From an uncultured Bacteroides sp. (lineage in GTDB: Bacteria; Bacteroidota; Bacteroidia; Bacteroidales; Bacteroidaceae): a stretch of DNA of 50,542 nucleotides. The DNA lies in assembly GCA_964432715.1 (NCBI GenBank), contig CAYSOW010000002.1, positions 1 to 50,542 of the forward strand, given 5' to 3'. A program made the translations under genes and the position numbers. Below, one piece after another: positions 48,601 to 50,542 of this stretch. Numbering within the stretch: the first letter of the stretch is position 1; each line of letters opens with the position of its first letter. The notes under the pieces are model-generated. The model was given only the letters and a program-made list of their open reading frames with translations, did not search any database and was not told where the DNA came from.

Positions 48601-49974
48601 ATGCCTATGAAACGAAAAGTATATCAAGAGCTACTTGACTGGAAACAGCGTAGGAAGGGAGAAGTAGCCCTCCTTATTGAGGGGGCGCGACGAATTGGGA
48701 AAAGCTACATCGTGGAGGAGTTTGCCAAGAACGAATATAGCTCATACATTCTTGTGGACTTCAGTAAAGCCCCACCCCGTGTGAAAGAGCTATTTGATTT
48801 GTATTTAGACGATCTTGACTCACTGTTTCAGCGCCTAGAACTCTACGCAAAGAAGAAACTTCATCCACGCACAAGCGCTGAAGAGGAAGCTAAATCACTG
48901 ATTATTTTCGACGAGGTACAATTCTGCCCTCGCGCTCGTTCCGCCATCAAGCATTTAGTGGCTGACCACCGCTATGACTACATCGAAACCGGGTCGCTTG
49001 TTTCTATCAAGAAGAATGTGAAGGATATACTTATCCCAAGCGAGGAGGTATCTATCGAGATGTATCCAATGGATTTCGAGGAGTTTCTGTGGGCGATGGG
49101 AGATGAAGTAATGATGCCATTCATCCGGGATTGCTTCTCAAACATGAAACCCATGGGAGGATTTCATCGTCAGGCGATGGACTATTTCCGTCAATATATG
49201 ATTGTCGGAGGTATGCCACAAGTCGTGAAGCAGTACGTACAGACTCGCGACTTCCAAAAAGTGGACGAAGAGAAACGTGCCATTCTTGGCCTCTACAGAA
49301 AAGACATCAGCAACTATGCAGACCGTCAGGAGAACAAAGTGACAGCCATCTTCGACGAGATTCCCGGTCAGTTGCAACGCCACGAGAGACGTTTTCGTCT
49401 GGCTGCGCTAAAAGAGAATGCAAGGATGCGCGACTATCAAGATGCTTTCTTCTGGCTAAGCGATGCCCGCATCATCAATTGTTGCTACAACACCACACAA
49501 CCCAACATTGGCCTTCGTCTGAACGAGGAACGTGCCACGTTGAAGTGTTACATGGCGGACACCGGACTGCTTATCAGTCACTCGTTCGATGAGAATGGCA
49601 TCATGAAGCAAGAAATATATCAGAAGCTGATGATGGATAAGTTAGAGGTGAATGCCGGTATGCTTGTTGAGAACATAGTAGCTCAGATGCTTCGTGCATC
49701 CGGGCATAAACTTTACTTCTATAGTCGCAATTCAAGTGAGAACGATGAGCGTATGGAGATTGATTTCCTGATTGCTAAATCCAAGATCACCACGCGCCAT
49801 AACATCTCACCCATTGAAGTTAAGTCGTCCACGAAATACACGTTGACTTCGCTCAACAAATTCATCACGAAGTTCGCAAACTACCTCTCGACTTCTTACG
49901 TGGTACATAGCACCGATTTGGAGGTGAAGGGTAATATTGTTTATTTGCCTCTCTATATGGTGCCGCTGCTATAA
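48601..49974 (+). CDS. AAA_14 ATPase with DUF4143 C-terminus
   Basis: GARRIGKS, IIFDEVQ, TGS, YPMDFEEF, GGMP, EIDF...PIEVKS (PD-D/ExK-like). Confidence 0.9.
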   Translation: MPMKRKVYQELLDWKQRRKGEVALLIEGARRIGKSYIVEEFAKNEYSSYILVDFSKAPPRVKELFDLYLDDLDSLFQRLELYAKKKLHPRTSAEEEAKSLIIFDEVQFCPRARSAIKHLVADHRYDYIETGSLVSIKKNVKDILIPSEEVSIEMYPMDFEEFLWAMGDEVMMPFIRDCFSNMKPMGGFHRQAMDYFRQYMIVGGMPQVVKQYVQTRDFQKVDEEKRAILGLYRKDISNYADRQENKVTAIFDEIPGQLQRHERRFRLAALKENARMRDYQDAFFWLSDARIINCCYNTTQPNIGLRLNEERATLKCYMADTGLLISHSFDENGIMKQEIYQKLMMDKLEVNAGMLVENIVAQMLRASGHKLYFYSRNSSENDERMEIDFLIAKSKITTRHNISPIEVKSSTKYTLTSLNKFITKFANYLSTSYVVHSTDLEVKGNIVYLPLYMVPLL

Positions 49975-50024
49975 TATGATATTCGAAAAGATGAGTTAAA
50001 TTCGAGCCACTAAAATCGATTGTT

Positions 50025-50282
50025 ATGGCAAATTTAGGTGATGGCTTTTACGCCACCCATCCGGGAGAAATATTAAAGGACGAACTTGAAGCGAGAAGGC
50101 TATCACCATGCAAGTTCGCTGAACAGAACGGTATAAATCCTTCAGCGCTCAACGATCTTCTTGATGAACGTTGTTCATTAAGTAGCCACTTCGCACATAT
50201 ATTTGAGAAAGCCCTCGGCATATCTGCTGAGTCGCTGATGAAGTTACAGATGAAATACGACGAGCAGATGGATAGAAAGTGA
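50025..50282 (+). CDS. higA: HigA-family antitoxin (XRE HTH)
   Basis: HPGEILKDEL...EKALGISAESLMKLQ. Confidence 0.8.
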   Translation: MANLGDGFYATHPGEILKDELEARRLSPCKFAEQNGINPSALNDLLDERCSLSSHFAHIFEKALGISAESLMKLQMKYDEQMDRK

Positions 50283-50288
50283 AAAGCA

Positions 50289-50542
50289 CTATAGGTAAAT
50301 GGCATCTCTCTGTATAGACTCCTTCAATGATTGGCGCAAGGATTCCCGATAATGCACAATGTCCACAGGTAGCTGGACCAAGAGTTCTAACTCCTCTTTA
50401 ATCTTTTCCAATGTAAAGAAGTCAGGTTCATTCAAAACGACAAAAACATCCAAGTCGCTCTGCTCTTTTTGTTGCGAACGAGCATATGACCCAAAGATAC
50501 CCAGTGTACGAATTCCATACTTCGAAGCTGAGCGTTTCTTAA
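50289..50542 (-). CDS. Minimal nucleotidyltransferase (MntA-like), 5' end outside window
   Basis: Manual translation: YGIRTLGIFGSYARSQQKEQSDLDVFV...VDIV...IQRDAIYL*. Confidence 0.85.
   Translation of the reverse strand, partial: KKRSASKYGIRTLGIFGSYARSQQKEQSDLDVFVVLNEPDFFTLEKIKEELELLVQLPVDIVHYRESLRQSLKESIQRDAIYL

Overview
Bacteroidales (Bacteroides/Phocaeicola-like) chromosomal window; many TAnnTTTG -7 promoter elements support the taxon. Bases 1-10.1 kb are a visibly AT-rich accessory island, probably extending beyond the left edge. It carries a rearranged, expanded TerY-P triad (Ser/Thr kinase, TerY vWA, PP2C phosphatase) with a solo TerY-C Zn protein, two PH-like proteins, a membrane coiled-coil protein and a Schlafen/AlbA_2-HATPase protein; this is a candidate defence or stress system. 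Bases 10.2-48.4 kb are GC-richer core genome: cyclophilin, M16 peptidase, hemW, glmM, nrnA, rpsF-rpsR-rplI, marR, rprXY, EF-G2 (fusA2) with a Cur box, pepN, a SigA-family sigma factor, a GH28/aldolase/SSS/GH43 sugar-acid cluster, rlhA, metA, a heavy-metal RND efflux operon, rsmE, nupG, a META lipoprotein and CASDH-bcp-recA. The efflux operon is led by a His/Cys-rich signal-peptide protein ending in RAPP, a candidate metal-sensing ribosome-arrest leader. After recA a second accessory patch begins: an AAA_14/DUF4143 ATPase preceded by 33-bp-period direct repeats, an orphan HigA and a partial MNT. All calls come from motif recognition by eye; no searches were run.
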